From contig CM075992.1 of assembly GCA_038087875.1 (NCBI GenBank), forward strand, positions 7,690,001 to 7,754,000: 64,000 nt of DNA, read 5' to 3'. This document shows positions 48,905-60,722 of the stretch, piece after piece; the stretch's first letter is position 1, and every line of letters starts with the position of its first letter. Position numbers and translations under genes: made by a program. The DNA is from Malacoraja senta (lineage: Eukaryota). Under the pieces are notes generated by a model, which was not told where the DNA came from, made no database searches, and saw only the letters and a program-made list of their open reading frames with translations.

Positions 48905-49840
48905 TTTTTTTCCTTCGTTTTTAGTTTTCTTGGTCTATGTCTGTTGGGGAATTTTGACTTTTCATGTGGGGGGGTAAGGAGGAAACTACTTTCTAGGTCC
49001 CTACCTGGTCGGTGAGGCAGCTTTTTCTCTGGGGCTGCCCCGTCGACCCGTCCCTGCGGCCTACCATCAGGCCTGGAGCGGTGTTTCCTGGTGGGGACTG
49101 CGCAGCACCTTCAGCTTCGGTGGCGGCACAGCGCTGGAGCGCTATCGCGGAGCGGAGCGGGCGATGCCTTGCCTGGGTCACCGCGCTGGATCGACGCGCT
49201 GGAGCTCTGGTGAGCTGTGACCGCCGAGCTCAACACCTCCGGGCTGCGGGTCTGTGGAGCGGCCAGCCGCGGGCGGCGGCGCCGACGCTAACATCGGGAG
49301 CCTCGGAGCTCCAAATCGGCGCAGCCTTGTCGGCTTCAGGTGCCACGGACTCCGGTAGGAAATCGGCCGTTCCAGCCGCTGCGAGGACTCTCCCGACGCC
49401 GGGGCAACTGCACCCGGCGAGAACGGCCAGGAACATCGGGCCTCCGTAGAGGCAACTGTGGAGGCCTCAATAGGCCTGACTTTGGGGAGAACTGGGGTTG
49501 GGGACTGGACATTGTGCCTTCCCCCACAGTGGTAACCATTGTGGGGGGATGAGTTTGTGTGCAGTGTGTAGTGTCTATGTTAGTCTATGTCCAAGATGGC
49601 AGTCGGAAGGGAGAGTGGACGCTGGCGCGGTTTGGCTGCCGCTGCTCTCTCTTCACATTGTGTTTCTGAATCTTTTTGTTGTCTTTTTTGGATCGAATTT
49701 TTGTCTTTAATTTGTGTATTGGTGATGTCTTTATAACTTATTTTACTCTGATTATATGTTTCTTTGTTAAATTTTGTAAGGTGTCCTTGAGACTTTTGTA
49801 TAGGCGCCCATAAATAAAATCTATTATTATTATTATTATT
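48905..49840 (+). mobile_element. CpG-rich non-autonomous retroposon with L2-type 3' end and (TAT)n tail
   Basis: Ends TGTAAGGTGTCCTTGAG...AGGCGCCCATAAATAAAATC(TAT)n; GC-rich body with no recognisable ORF; 5' boundary approximate. Confidence 0.6.
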
Positions 49841-50556
49841 AGTCTTCTCAAAAACAATTAGGGATGGAAATTTTATCTTCCCAATATAGAGCTGAGAACT
49901 GGATGTGGTTCAGAGACTGATGAGGGTTGAGAGATAATGATGCGATGGAAGTAAAAGACCCAACAGCAGCAGTCAATGTTGCCAAGGAAGAACACTCAGA
50001 CATATTGTCATAGAATGGTACAGTACGGAAACAGGCCCTTCGACCCACTTGTCCATGCGACTAATTTGGTATACTGGGCTATGCCTGCGTTTGACCCATT
50101 TACCTCCAAATCTTTCCTATCCATGTATTTGTCTAAATGTCTTTTCAAAATCAACATTATACTCTCCTCTAAAGCTTCATCTGCCGGCTCATTCCGTCAG
50201 GCTTCCTGCATTTAAATCAATGCATTTTAATGTATAGACCTGCTCCGCAAAGTTGGAAATGGACAAAATGACTGCACTGCTTGTTCACGCTTAGAAAGAG
50301 AAACTGGGGAGAGCATGGGTCCGGACAAAAGTAATGACAGGAGAAACAGATAGACACAAGGATTGTCCAGTCTTTGTAACACAGAAATCTATGTTGCTTT
50401 CAGTAAAAACAAAGTGCTATGTTGCCACGCTTGTGCATCAATTAAAACATGAAAAACAAAGTGCAATGACAGCAGAATGATGGGGAAGGAGAAAAGTAAT
50501 AGCTATTCTGGGAAACGTGGCCTGAAAATGGTAAAGTGTTAAATTGTAAGGAGGCA

Positions 50557-50610
50557 GGGGTGGAAGATTGCAACCTTCATGTGTTCCGCCCTGTTTCGAC
50601 TAATGCAATC
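50557..50610 (+). ncRNA. HDV-like self-cleaving ribozyme (minimal, P4-reduced; this copy mutated)
   Basis: P1 GGGGUGG/CCGCCCU with G1-U wobble; P2 GAUUGCA/UGCAAUC; P3 ACC/GUU (one mismatch); L3 UUCAUGU; J4/2 CUAA. Confidence 0.75.
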
Positions 50611-50693
50611 AACTCGATGTGCACAAACGGAAGATCAAAGAGAACAAGTTGTCCAACAACTTTAGGCTGTGCACGCCACACAAAAGAAGAAGG
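50557..50693 (+). mobile_element. Short retroposon (Ingi/Vingi-type tail) headed by an HDV-like ribozyme
   Basis: 9-bp TSD AAGGAGGCA (50548-50556 and 50694-50702); tail GCACGCCACACAAAAGAAGAAGG. Confidence 0.75.
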
Positions 50694-51697
50694 AAGGAGG
50701 CATTTAAACTGAATATGGAAAACCCAAATGGAGGGAGTCAAAACTTTCAAAAAAATGAATGATAATTTCATTATGGAAGACTGTTATGTAAAGTAAATCC
50801 TGTAGAGGACGATGGAGTGTTGGGGAATGGCGTCGAGGTACCACCGCAACTAATTTGCCAATCACCCTCTTCGCCTGAGCGCACCTATCACTAGCCAGTT
50901 TTTGGCCCACCCCTTCTCCTCACCTCTCTACCAACTTTCACCCCTCTATTCCATCAGCATGAGGAAGGGCCCTGACCCAAAAATGTAATCTGACCATTTC
51001 CCTCCACAATTTTTTTAAAAATATATTAAAATCCAATTTATTCTTAAAGGAGGGGTGGCGAAAGTTAATTGCAGACTCTTTCAGATAAAAGGAAATAGGA
51101 AGAGCACTTACTTAATCAGAGATATTGACCTTACTGAGGGCAAATAGATGCTGGAGGGTCTGGGTGGTAGATTCATTAATGATCATATCTGGTTGCTGCA
51201 GAACAATTGTCAAATCAAACAGAAAACCACAAACATTGCCTTTGACCAATTACTAGAAGTGTGAGATTGGCAAAGAGATCATAAGCAGTTTAACCCTAAC
51301 CTCCCCAAGCAACACAGCAGAGATTGACATCTCTTGGGTTGGAAGGGTGGGGGGGGGGGGGTGTGGAGAGGGGATAACCTACCTCCTTGAACCACCGCAT
51401 CACTTATTCATACTCCACAGCACCAATTTGGCTCATCCATTATTTTTTGCTCTCTTTGATTTTCCTGTTGTTTCTCATCTGGGTGCACCACAGTAACCCT
51501 CCTGCTGCTTCATATGAGTACACAGCCTTCTACTAAATGCATCAATATGTTCATTACTCACTCCCATTGGTAGCCAGTTCTAGATTCACACCAATTCCTA
51601 TTGATTGGTAAGTTAAAAGACTCTATTGATTTTGTGGTGATGATAATATGTTTGAAGGTCTCACAGGTTTTCCATTTTCCTCAAGTGGAACCACTTT

Positions 51698-52078
51698 TAG
51701 AAACATAGAAACATAGAAATAGAAACATAGAAATTAGGTGCAGGAGTAGGCCATTCGGCCCTTCGAGCCTGCACCGCCATTCAATATGATCATGGCTGAT
51801 CATCCAACTCAGTATCCCGTACCTGCCTTCTCTCCATACCCTCTGATCCCTTTAGCCACAAGGGCCACATCTAGCTCCCTCTTAAATATAACCAATGAAC
51901 TGGCCTCGACTACCCTCTGTGGCAGAGAGTTCCAGAGATTCACCACTCTCTGTGTGAAAAAAGTTCTTCTCATCTCGGTTTTAAAGGATTTCCCCCTTAT
52001 CCTTAAGCTGTGACCCCTTGTCCTGGACTTCCCCAACATCGGGAGCAATCTTCCTGCATCTAGCCTGTCCAACCCCTT
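51698..52078 (-). mobile_element. CR1 LINE 3' fragment (young; same subfamily as 19674..22594)
   Basis: ORF 51809..52072 is nearly identical to the end of ORF 20513..22498; (TAGAAACA)n tail on the plus strand. Confidence 0.94.
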
Positions 52079-52274
52079 TTACAACTGTGTATGTTCCTTT
52101 TGGCCCATCCCTTATCCTTTGCAAATATAATGAAACTGAACCGTTTCAATTGTCCTGTCAAGTACAACCTCACGTTTTCAGTATCAACTGTTTTTTCCCC
52201 CAAGCTCGCCTGTAGTTGTGCACTAGTTTTAAGAGATGGTGACATATTTTGTATAACATGGAAAGCTTCACAAT

Positions 52275-52560
52275 GTATAGGAAGGAACTACAGATGCTGG
52301 TTTACACCGACGATAGGCACAAAATGCTGGAGTAACTCAGCGGGACAGGCGTCATCTCTGGATAGAAGGAATGACAATAGACAATAGACAATAGGTGCAG
52401 GAGTAGGCCATTCGGCCCTTCCAGCCAGCAATGCCATTCAAAGTGATCATGGCTGATGTTTCTGGCCGAGACCCTTCTTCAGTCTGACCTGAAAAGTCAC
52501 CCATTCCTTCTATCCAGAGATGCTGCCTATCCCACTGAGTTACTTCAGCATTTTGTGTCA
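52275..52560. mobile_element. Penelope pLTR palindrome interrupted by a CR1 tail
   Basis: Inverted arms CAAAATGCTGGAGTAACTCAG / CTGAGTTACTTCAGCATTTTG; (GACAATA)n CR1 tail at about 52373-52456; AAGCTTCACA on both flanks. Confidence 0.78.
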
Positions 52561-52638
52561 AGCTTCACACTTAATTTTTATCAACAGCTTCCTGACATGG
52601 CAAGTGGTGAAATGAGGTATTTCTTGCACCAGGCTTCA

Positions 52639-52965
<327 letters not shown>

Positions 52966-53204
52966 TCACAAGGGATTCATCAGATGGATTGCATAATTAA
53001 TGTGAACAATGCCATTTTTCATCCAATATCTGTTAATTACTCAGTAAATTAAGGTTTCAGTGCTTATAGACTACATAGTACAAAGGTGACAAGCAGTGCT
53101 CCAGAACTTCAAACACAAATGTTGGATCGGATAGTGATATTCTCCAAATGTCATCAGGTCAAATAGTTGTAGTCAGGTCAGGCACGGGTTGGCTATGGAC
53201 AGTT

Positions 53205-53420
53205 CAAGTCACAAGTCGAAGTCAAGTCACATTTATTTATATAGCACATTTAAAAAACAACTCTCGTTGGCCAAAGTGCTTTACATTTGTTATCAGAATA
53301 GTATAAACAAACAAACTACATACATATATACATATAGCCCTCGCTCAGAGGACGTCAAGAAAGGCTTGGGAGTATAGATACGTTTTTAGTCTTGACTTAA
53401 AGGAGTTGATGGAGGGGTCG
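53205..53420 (-). mobile_element. L2-clade LINE 3' end
   Basis: Minus strand reads SINSFKSRLKTYLYSQAF, then TGTAAAGCACTTTGG...GTGCTATATAAATAAA and a (GACTT)n tail. Confidence 0.8.
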
Positions 53421-54260
53421 AAGTTCAGGTTTTACTTTTATGCATAAGCAGATCTCTCATGGAGATCTCTAATGAAGGCTGGTATTGTATTGCTTGAATA
53501 ATTACAATATGATTTGTAAAAAAATTTTTTAAATAAGTATATAAAATCTAACTGATGCTGTGGCATTTATGTCTTTATAAATGTGGCTAAATGTTCAGAA
53601 TCTGGTTATGCGTGATTGAAATAAAATGTTTCTAACAACTGGCCTTCAGAAGTACTTTGGATTGTGAAATGTGGCTACCTGACAAAATCATTGGGACTCC
53701 ACTGAGGAACAATTACAAAGAATAAGCAGTTTTTTCCCCACTTGTTATTAGCCAGCTATGCCAGATCTTTTTAATGCTTTATAACAGGTAGATGCTTATG
53801 TGTAGGAAACAGATCTCTATGGCAAAAACTCACTCTGCTTCAGTGAACTATTCTAACAATTGTGGAGAAGGCAGGCACGGGTTATTGATTGGGGACGATC
53901 AGCCATGATCACAATGAATGGCGGCTGGCTCGAAGGGCCGAATGCACCTATTTTCTATGTTTCTATGTTTCTTAATTGGCCTTTGATAGGAATAGGAATA
54001 CTTCATGTCACATGTGACTAGGCACAGTGAAATACTTTGCTTGCATACACTATGTATACAAATAGCAGCCACCTAGGATACAACTAAATAGTACTTCCGG
54101 TGCATATTTGAAGAGATGAAGTATAAACTAGTCGGAAGTCAGTGTACCAATCAACGTGATTGATTAATTCCTTGCTTGAATTGATTTTACTTGTACTGAA
54201 AGAATTTATTTGATGAACACAGACATGAAATTTCAAAAGACATAAAACCAATGCATTATG

Positions 54261-54474
54261 GATGTCCAGGAAGGAACTGCAGATGCTGGTTTACACCAAA
54301 GATAGACACAAAATGCTGGAGTAACTCAGCGGGACAGGCAACATCTCTGGATAGAAGGAATGGGTGACATTTTGGGAAGAAGGGACTCGACCCGAAACGT
54401 CACCCATTCCTTCTATCCAGAGATGCTCGCTGCCTGTTCTGCTGAGTTACTCCAGCATTTTGTGTCTATCTTCG
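54261..54474. mobile_element. Penelope pLTR-derived palindromic insertion
   Basis: Inverted arms around GACTCGACCCGAAACGTC; TSD GCATTATG (54253-54260 and 54475-54482). Confidence 0.82.
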
Positions 54475-54533
54475 GCATTATGAAATGTTGGGTTATATAC
54501 TCCTTCATAATGTTTGGTAAGGCGGTGTCGCAC

Positions 54534-54778
54534 CTGCTCATACTTCTCCAGCTCCGAGTGGTAAATCTGTCGTATTTGTGCGAGTTTGGCTCTGTAGTCA
54601 GAGTGCTCGATGGAATTGTCATTCGGTGATGCGCCGGATGCCGCCGCCGCAGCCGCCGCTGCAGCCGACCCTCCGCCCTTCTCAGGGCCGGACACTCCTT
54701 CTGCCAGCAACATGTTGTCCAGTCTCAACAACTGCGGATCTGGAGGCTCCTCTTCTTGGACACCGCGAATACTCAGCA
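54534..54778 (-). CDS. PBX4: PBX-family TALE homeobox gene, coding exon 3 equivalent (PBC-A end, poly-Ala linker, PBC-B start)
   Basis: Translates [82 protein letters not shown]. Acceptor tttcacacAG, donor GTGCGA, 245 bp. Family assignment is secure. The paralog call rests on recalled residues ([22 protein letters not shown]) and is less certain. Confidence 0.96.
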
Positions 54779-54908
54779 CTGTGTGAAACAAAAAGAGACC
54801 GTTACAGACTTTGCAACAGAAACAACAGAAAAAAATAAGCAGGTTATAAAGATAATCATACATTTGCCATGATGCTGAGGTGATATGGCAAACTGCCTTC
54901 TAATAAAG

Positions 54909-55234
54909 TTGCCTAGGCAGCTTACAACCCAGCGGTATGAATATTGATTTCTCTAATTTTAAGTAACCCCTGCATTCCCTCACTCTTCATCCCTCCCCCA
55001 CCCACGTCGCACCAGCTTCTCGTTCTCACCTAGCAAAAAGCTAACAATGGCCTGTTTCCTTTATCATCGTTACTTTTTTGCATATCTTTCATTCATTTGT
55101 TCTATATCTCTCTTCATCACCGTCTATATCTCTTGTTTCCCTTTCCCGTGAATCTCAGTCTGAAGAAGGGTTTTGACCCGAAACGTCAACCAGAGATGCT
55201 GCCTGTCCCGCTGAGTTGCTCCAGCATTTTATGT
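54909..55234 (+). mobile_element. Penelope 3' fragment with hammerhead-like motif
   Basis: LGSLQPSGMNIDFSNFK*; CTGAAGAAGGGTTTTGACCCGAAACGTC at about 55160; TSD-like CTGCCTTCTARTAAAG on both sides. Confidence 0.85.
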
Positions 55235-56994
55235 CTGCCTTCTAGTAAAGCAGTTTAAATTGAAGAATAATCAATGTAATGAATGTAGCTCACAGAGATA
55301 CACATGAAGAAAAGTTTTGGTGGGAGATAATACTTTAAAGATTTTTTTTTTTAAAGCCATTTCACATTCACATGGTCAGTGTTACCCATTTTAAACTACC
55401 TCGAAAGTGGATTGGGATTAAAATTTCTAGATATTGGGATTCAGCAATGGAACTACACAGATCCATCATCTGAGGCTAACAAATCACTTCACAATCAATT
55501 CTTAGTATGATATCGACATTTACCATTTTCACTTCATTAAAATTTTATATTTCTTCAAGATCCATTTCAAAATTAAACCATTATATTGAATTTTGACAAA
55601 TGCTTGTAAAATAATGAAGAGCAATTGTAACAGCATCAATAATCAGTTAAAATATCCAAGCATTGATTCTAGATTAACTGATTGTAATGTGAATGTCCTC
55701 CATTGAAAGAAGCAGCATCTTTCAGCTTGGCTTCAAGTGCAATCGGCAATCAATGCAGCACGGAAAAATTAAAGCATGTACCAAGGAATATTCTACAAAC
55801 ATTCTTTTGTGCAGTACTAATAGCTTCCATGCTGATTTACACAGCTATGAAATTGTGATTTAAAACAAAACAAATTAAGACACCCACACCCACACACACA
55901 CACACACACAAACACACATACCCTACCACCAATAAGAATAAAGGAAACTGATATATTGCAACACCACCACCTGCATCTTTCTGCTCAAGTCACACACCAT
56001 CCGGACTTGCAAATATATTACTGTTATTTCATTATCACTGGGTACTGATCTTACAACTCCCAGATCAATAGCATTATGGGATTACCTCCTCCAAAAAGAA
56101 CTGAAGAGGTTTAAGAAGGTGCCTCGTCATCAGCTTCTCAAGGGGCAATTAGGAAAGATAATAAATACTGATTTGTTGGTGGTGCTTAGATCACAAAAAT
56201 CTAAAATATTAAATCAAACAAAGGAAAATTTGAAGATATGAGAAGTGAGTTTAATTTAGTTTAGAGATACAGCATGGATACAATTGGTTGTGGTTGATTG
56301 GTAGTGGATAGATATGGCAGTGGTCAGTCTTTTAGAAAATAATGCATAGATTTCAAAGGAAATACATTCCTAAATGGCACAGAAACCCCAAAACGAATTC
56401 TGAATCATCTGTGGCTGACGTAAGAAATTAAAAAGAATATTAAGTCAAAGGAAGAGGATTGCAAAGTTGTTAGAAATAGCACCAGGCCTAAGGATTGGGA
56501 GCAGATTGGAAAACAGCAAATGGGGATTAAAAAAATTGATAAGAATAGGCAAGATAGACTACATGTATACTGTTGGATAAGATTGAACTGTAGAAAGCTT
56601 TATATAGACATAAAAAAGAAATGAATCGTCAGGGCAAAAATGGGCTCGCTACTGACAGAGACAGGAGAATTTATAATGGAGAAATAAGGAAAATGCATAA
56701 TAATTAAAAAATTACTTTGTATGTCATCATGGAGATAACTTGCCTGACATATATTAGAGAATGAAAGTTAGAGTGCGAATGATGAACGAAAGCAACTATG
56801 AGTCAATAATAATACTAGACAAGTTGGTCAACCAACTTGTGCATTACTTTGTAACCCAATGGACCCAATGATCCACATCCCAAGTTTTTAAGTAGATAGT
56901 TTGAGAGATGTTGGATGTTCTGGTTATCAATTCCCAGGGTTCTATAGATTCTGAAATAGTTTTTGTGCATTGGGACTTTGCAAATATCATCATA

Positions 56995-58037
56995 TAGGTA
57001 TGTTACAATACTTACCTTCAGCGGCGCTGCAATTCTGCCACTGGCCGTGTGCGCGATTTTGGCGCCTTTGAGGGGGGGGCGGGATTAAAACGCGGGTTTC
57101 TCCTACCTTGCCCTGAATTATATTTCGTTGGAGTGCCAGCTTTTGCTGAAGAATCGTTCCGACGGGCATTTTGTGTATTTTTTATTTTTATTCGCCCGAC
57201 AAGTTCAGCGCTGGAGTTATTTTAAAATCAGCTTCGAAAGCCGTCAACGCCGACAACGGGGACGGATTTCACGCACGGGACAGGTAAACGAAAGCAGTTT
57301 ATTTTATGTATAAAAGTGCTTCTTAGGAGGCCTTTAATTCACATTTTTAAATGCGAAACGGTGATTCTTTTCCCCGAACTAACGGCAGTATTTTTCATGC
57401 CGATACGGGGTTAAATTCACCGCAAATCAACGTTCCAAATGATCGCGTTCCAGAAAAACCCACTCGCAAGATGATTTAAATGCCCATTAATTTACAGGTA
57501 TTAAACATTAAATTCCTTCCATTTGGCCTATAAATCCATGACAATGAGATTTAATAATTATGTTATATTGTGAATTCTTGTGTGAATGTTATTTGGACAC
57601 TTAGGCTTATTTAAAAATGTTAATCTATTCTTAAGAAATTGATAGATGTTTAGATCTAGTAATTGAATTTTGTAATTAGCTACAATTAGGTATCTAACTA
57701 ATTATATGCTTTAATTTAATGTAATCTAAGTAAGATTGTTTCATATTTGTTTCAGAATGCTTCAATCTATAATAACTGAAAATTTCTTTCAGTTCTCTTA
57801 ATATTTAAGAAAGTTATGGGCTTTTGACTGTCCTCGATCACAGCTTTTGTGTTAAGTCAATGGAAAAGCAATAGGGAACAAGATGCTAATTTCCGAGTAT
57901 GAAAATGGCCATAACTTTTTTAATACTGAAGATATGAAAGTGAATTAGGTGTCAAATTAAACGTCTTTTTATGCTTTATCTGATGGGATAAATTACAGAC
58001 TTGATTTTTAAAATCTCAAAATTTTATAACATTGCTA
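56995..58037. mobile_element. Non-autonomous DNA transposon, copy 1 (1043 bp, 7-bp TSD)
   Basis: CATCATA|TAGGTATGTTACAA...TTATAACATTGCTA|CATCATA; imperfect 14-bp TIR. Confidence 0.85.
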
Positions 58038-58369
58038 CATCATATTTTAAAGAAGGGGGGGAGAGAGGAAACAAGGAGTTACCGACCTACAAGTCTATCG
58101 TCAGTGACATGGAAAACATTGGAATCCATTATAAAAGATATAAGAGAACATCCTATAAAGAATAATAGGATTGAGCAAGATCATTGTGGATTTATGAAAG
58201 GCAAGTTGTGTGTGATTAATCTATTAGAGTTATTTGAGAGTGTGACCTCCTAGAGAACTAATGGGTGTAAAATGGTTGGATTTTTGGAAAGCTTTTGATA
58301 TTGGTCAATGAGGTTTGAGAGCAGTGTAACTGAGGTAATGTACTTTCGTGTATTGAAAATTAGTTATCA

Positions 58370-59161
58370 AGTTATCAAGTGATAAATGTCAATCTCAAGA
58401 AGCTACTATAGCGCACTCATTTGTTTTCTGTACAAAAATTCAAAAATTTTGGATTGAAATTTTTGAAATCTTTACAAAATTATTTAAAATAAAACTGATA
58501 CCCAAAGCAGAATGGATTATCTTCGGAACAACGGAAGATAGTCCAGAACTAAATGTGTTCCAAAAGAAATTAATAGACTATGGGTTAATAACTGGAAAAA
58601 AGTTAATCCTAAAATTCTGGAAAAACGCTCCAATACCAACTATAAACATGTGGATTTCAAATATGTTCGAAACATTACACCTAGAAGAGATAAGACTCCT
58701 CATGGCAGGTAAACCAGATCACTTCCACCTGACGTGGTCTGCATTTATAGAATTATTACAAGTATAGGGTGCAAAAGTACTTTAAAAAAATAAAACTGAG
58801 GTCAGGTAAGGGCGGATGAAAGCTGGAGAGTTGGTATATCCCATTTGCGTGATGCTTACAACAAAGTATTTGTTTTTCTCTTTTCCCTCTTTCTCTTTTT
58901 TCTTCTTTTTTAGGGTCTATTTCTTAATTCTTTTTTTTAAATTTCTTTCTTATAGGGTCTTTGTTCTTTTTTGTTGTCACGTTTTTTACACTTTCACTAT
59001 TTTCCTTCACTTTCTCCTTTCTCTCAATCTCATCCTTTCCCTTTATTATGTAAAAAATGACGGAGTACATTAATGGTAATAAGATATACGTGACGAGTAC
59101 TAATGTAATTGGTTGTAATGTAATGTACTTCTAATAAATATATATATATTTTTTTAATTAA
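58370..59161 (+). mobile_element. L1/Tx1-clade LINE 3' fragment
   Basis: DKCQSQEATIAHSFVFCTKIQKFW zinc-knuckle-like segment continuing into ORF 58555..58767 (KKLILKFWK...W); T-rich 3' UTR, AATAAA and A-rich end; TSD AAAATTAGTWATCA. Confidence 0.8.
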
Positions 59162-59679
59162 AAAATTAGTAATCAGAATGAGAGCACAGAATTAATGGCT
59201 GGTAGGCTATAACTAGTAAGGTACCACAGGGATTCGTATTTAGGTCCGAGCTATTCCCAATATATGACAATGTTTTGACAAAGAAGCCATATATTATAAA
59301 TTCACATTTGCTGATGAAACTAGACCAAGAAGGGATAGTGAATATGAGGAAAGTGTGCAAAGTGGCTTTAGGGGCATACAGCCAAGCTGAGCAAGTGGGC
59401 AAGAGCATGGCAGGTGGAAAGTAACTTGGAAGATCATGAGGCCATCCACTTTGGTGCATGTAATAGAAAAGAAAAGCATTCGTTATGTGGTGTGAGGTTG
59501 AGAAGTGTTGATATTCAAAGGTTCCTGGGTGTGCTTGTATGCAAGTAACTGAAAGCTAACATGCAAGTTGTGCAGGTACTTAGGAAGACATGTGGTTTGT
59601 TAGCTTTTGTAGGGAGTTTGATTAGAGGACGGGTGATTTAATACAATTGTTTTGGGCCTTGAGGAGACCACACCTAGTG

Positions 59680-60722
59680 TAGGTATGTTACAAAACTCAC
59701 TTTCAGCGGCGCTGCAGTTCTGTCTCTGCCCGTGTGCGCGACTTTGGCGCCTTTGAGAGGGGGGCGGGTTTAAAATGCGATATTTCGGCAGGCTATTCAA
59801 ATCGATGTCTGTCAGGTAAATTAGCTGCTAAAGAAAAATCGCTTTGACTGCTGTTTTATTAAGTTTATTAAAATTAGCGCTTTATAATTTAATTGTTGGA
59901 GTAAAATTAAAATCATCTTCAAATGCCGTCAACGCCGACAACGGGGACGGATTTCACGCACGGGACAAGGCAAGGTACGCCGTTTATTTTTTCATATAAA
60001 CTTGCTTCTTAGGATGCCTTTAATAAAATTTCAAGTTGCGAAAATGTGATTATTTAAATATACCAACCGGCAGTATTTTTCCTGCCCATATTGTGGTTTA
60101 ATTCACTGCAACCGCAACGTTCCAAACCAGCGCGTTCCACAAAATCCCACTCGCAAGATGATTTAAATGCCCATTAATTTACAGGAATTAAACACTAAAT
60201 TCCTTCCATTTGGCCTATAAATTAATGACAATGAGATTTAAAAATAATGTTATATTGTGAATTCTTGTGTGAATGTTATTTGGACACTTAGGCTTTTAAA
60301 AAAAATTAACTTTTTCTTAAGAAATGGATAGATATTTAGATCTAGTAATTGAATTTTGTAATTAGCTGCAATTGGGTAACTAACTAATTATATGCTTTAA
60401 TTTCAGGTCATCCAAGTAAGATTGTTTCATATTTGTTTCAGAATGCTTCAATCTATAATAACTGAAAATTTCATTAAGTTCTTTTAATTTTTAAGAAAGT
60501 TATGGGCTTTTGACTGTCCTTGATCACAGCTTTTGTGTTAAGTCAATGGAAAAGCAATAGGGAACAAGATGCTAATTTCCGAGTATGAAAATGGCCATAT
60601 CTTTTTTAATACTGAAGATATGAAAGTGAATTAGGTGTCAAATTAAACTTCTTTTTATGCTTTATCTGATGGGATAAATTGTAGACTTGATTTTTTAAAT
60701 CTCAAAATTTTGTAACATTGTA
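59680..60722. mobile_element. Non-autonomous DNA transposon, copy 2 (1043 bp)
   Basis: CCTAGTG|TAGGTATGTTACAAAA...TTTTGTAACATTGTA|ACTAGTG; colinear with copy 1. Confidence 0.85.

Noticed and set aside
48993..49710. Overlapping Ala/Arg/Gly-rich ORFs
   Set aside because: GC-rich repeat body; no recognisable protein motifs or splice structure.
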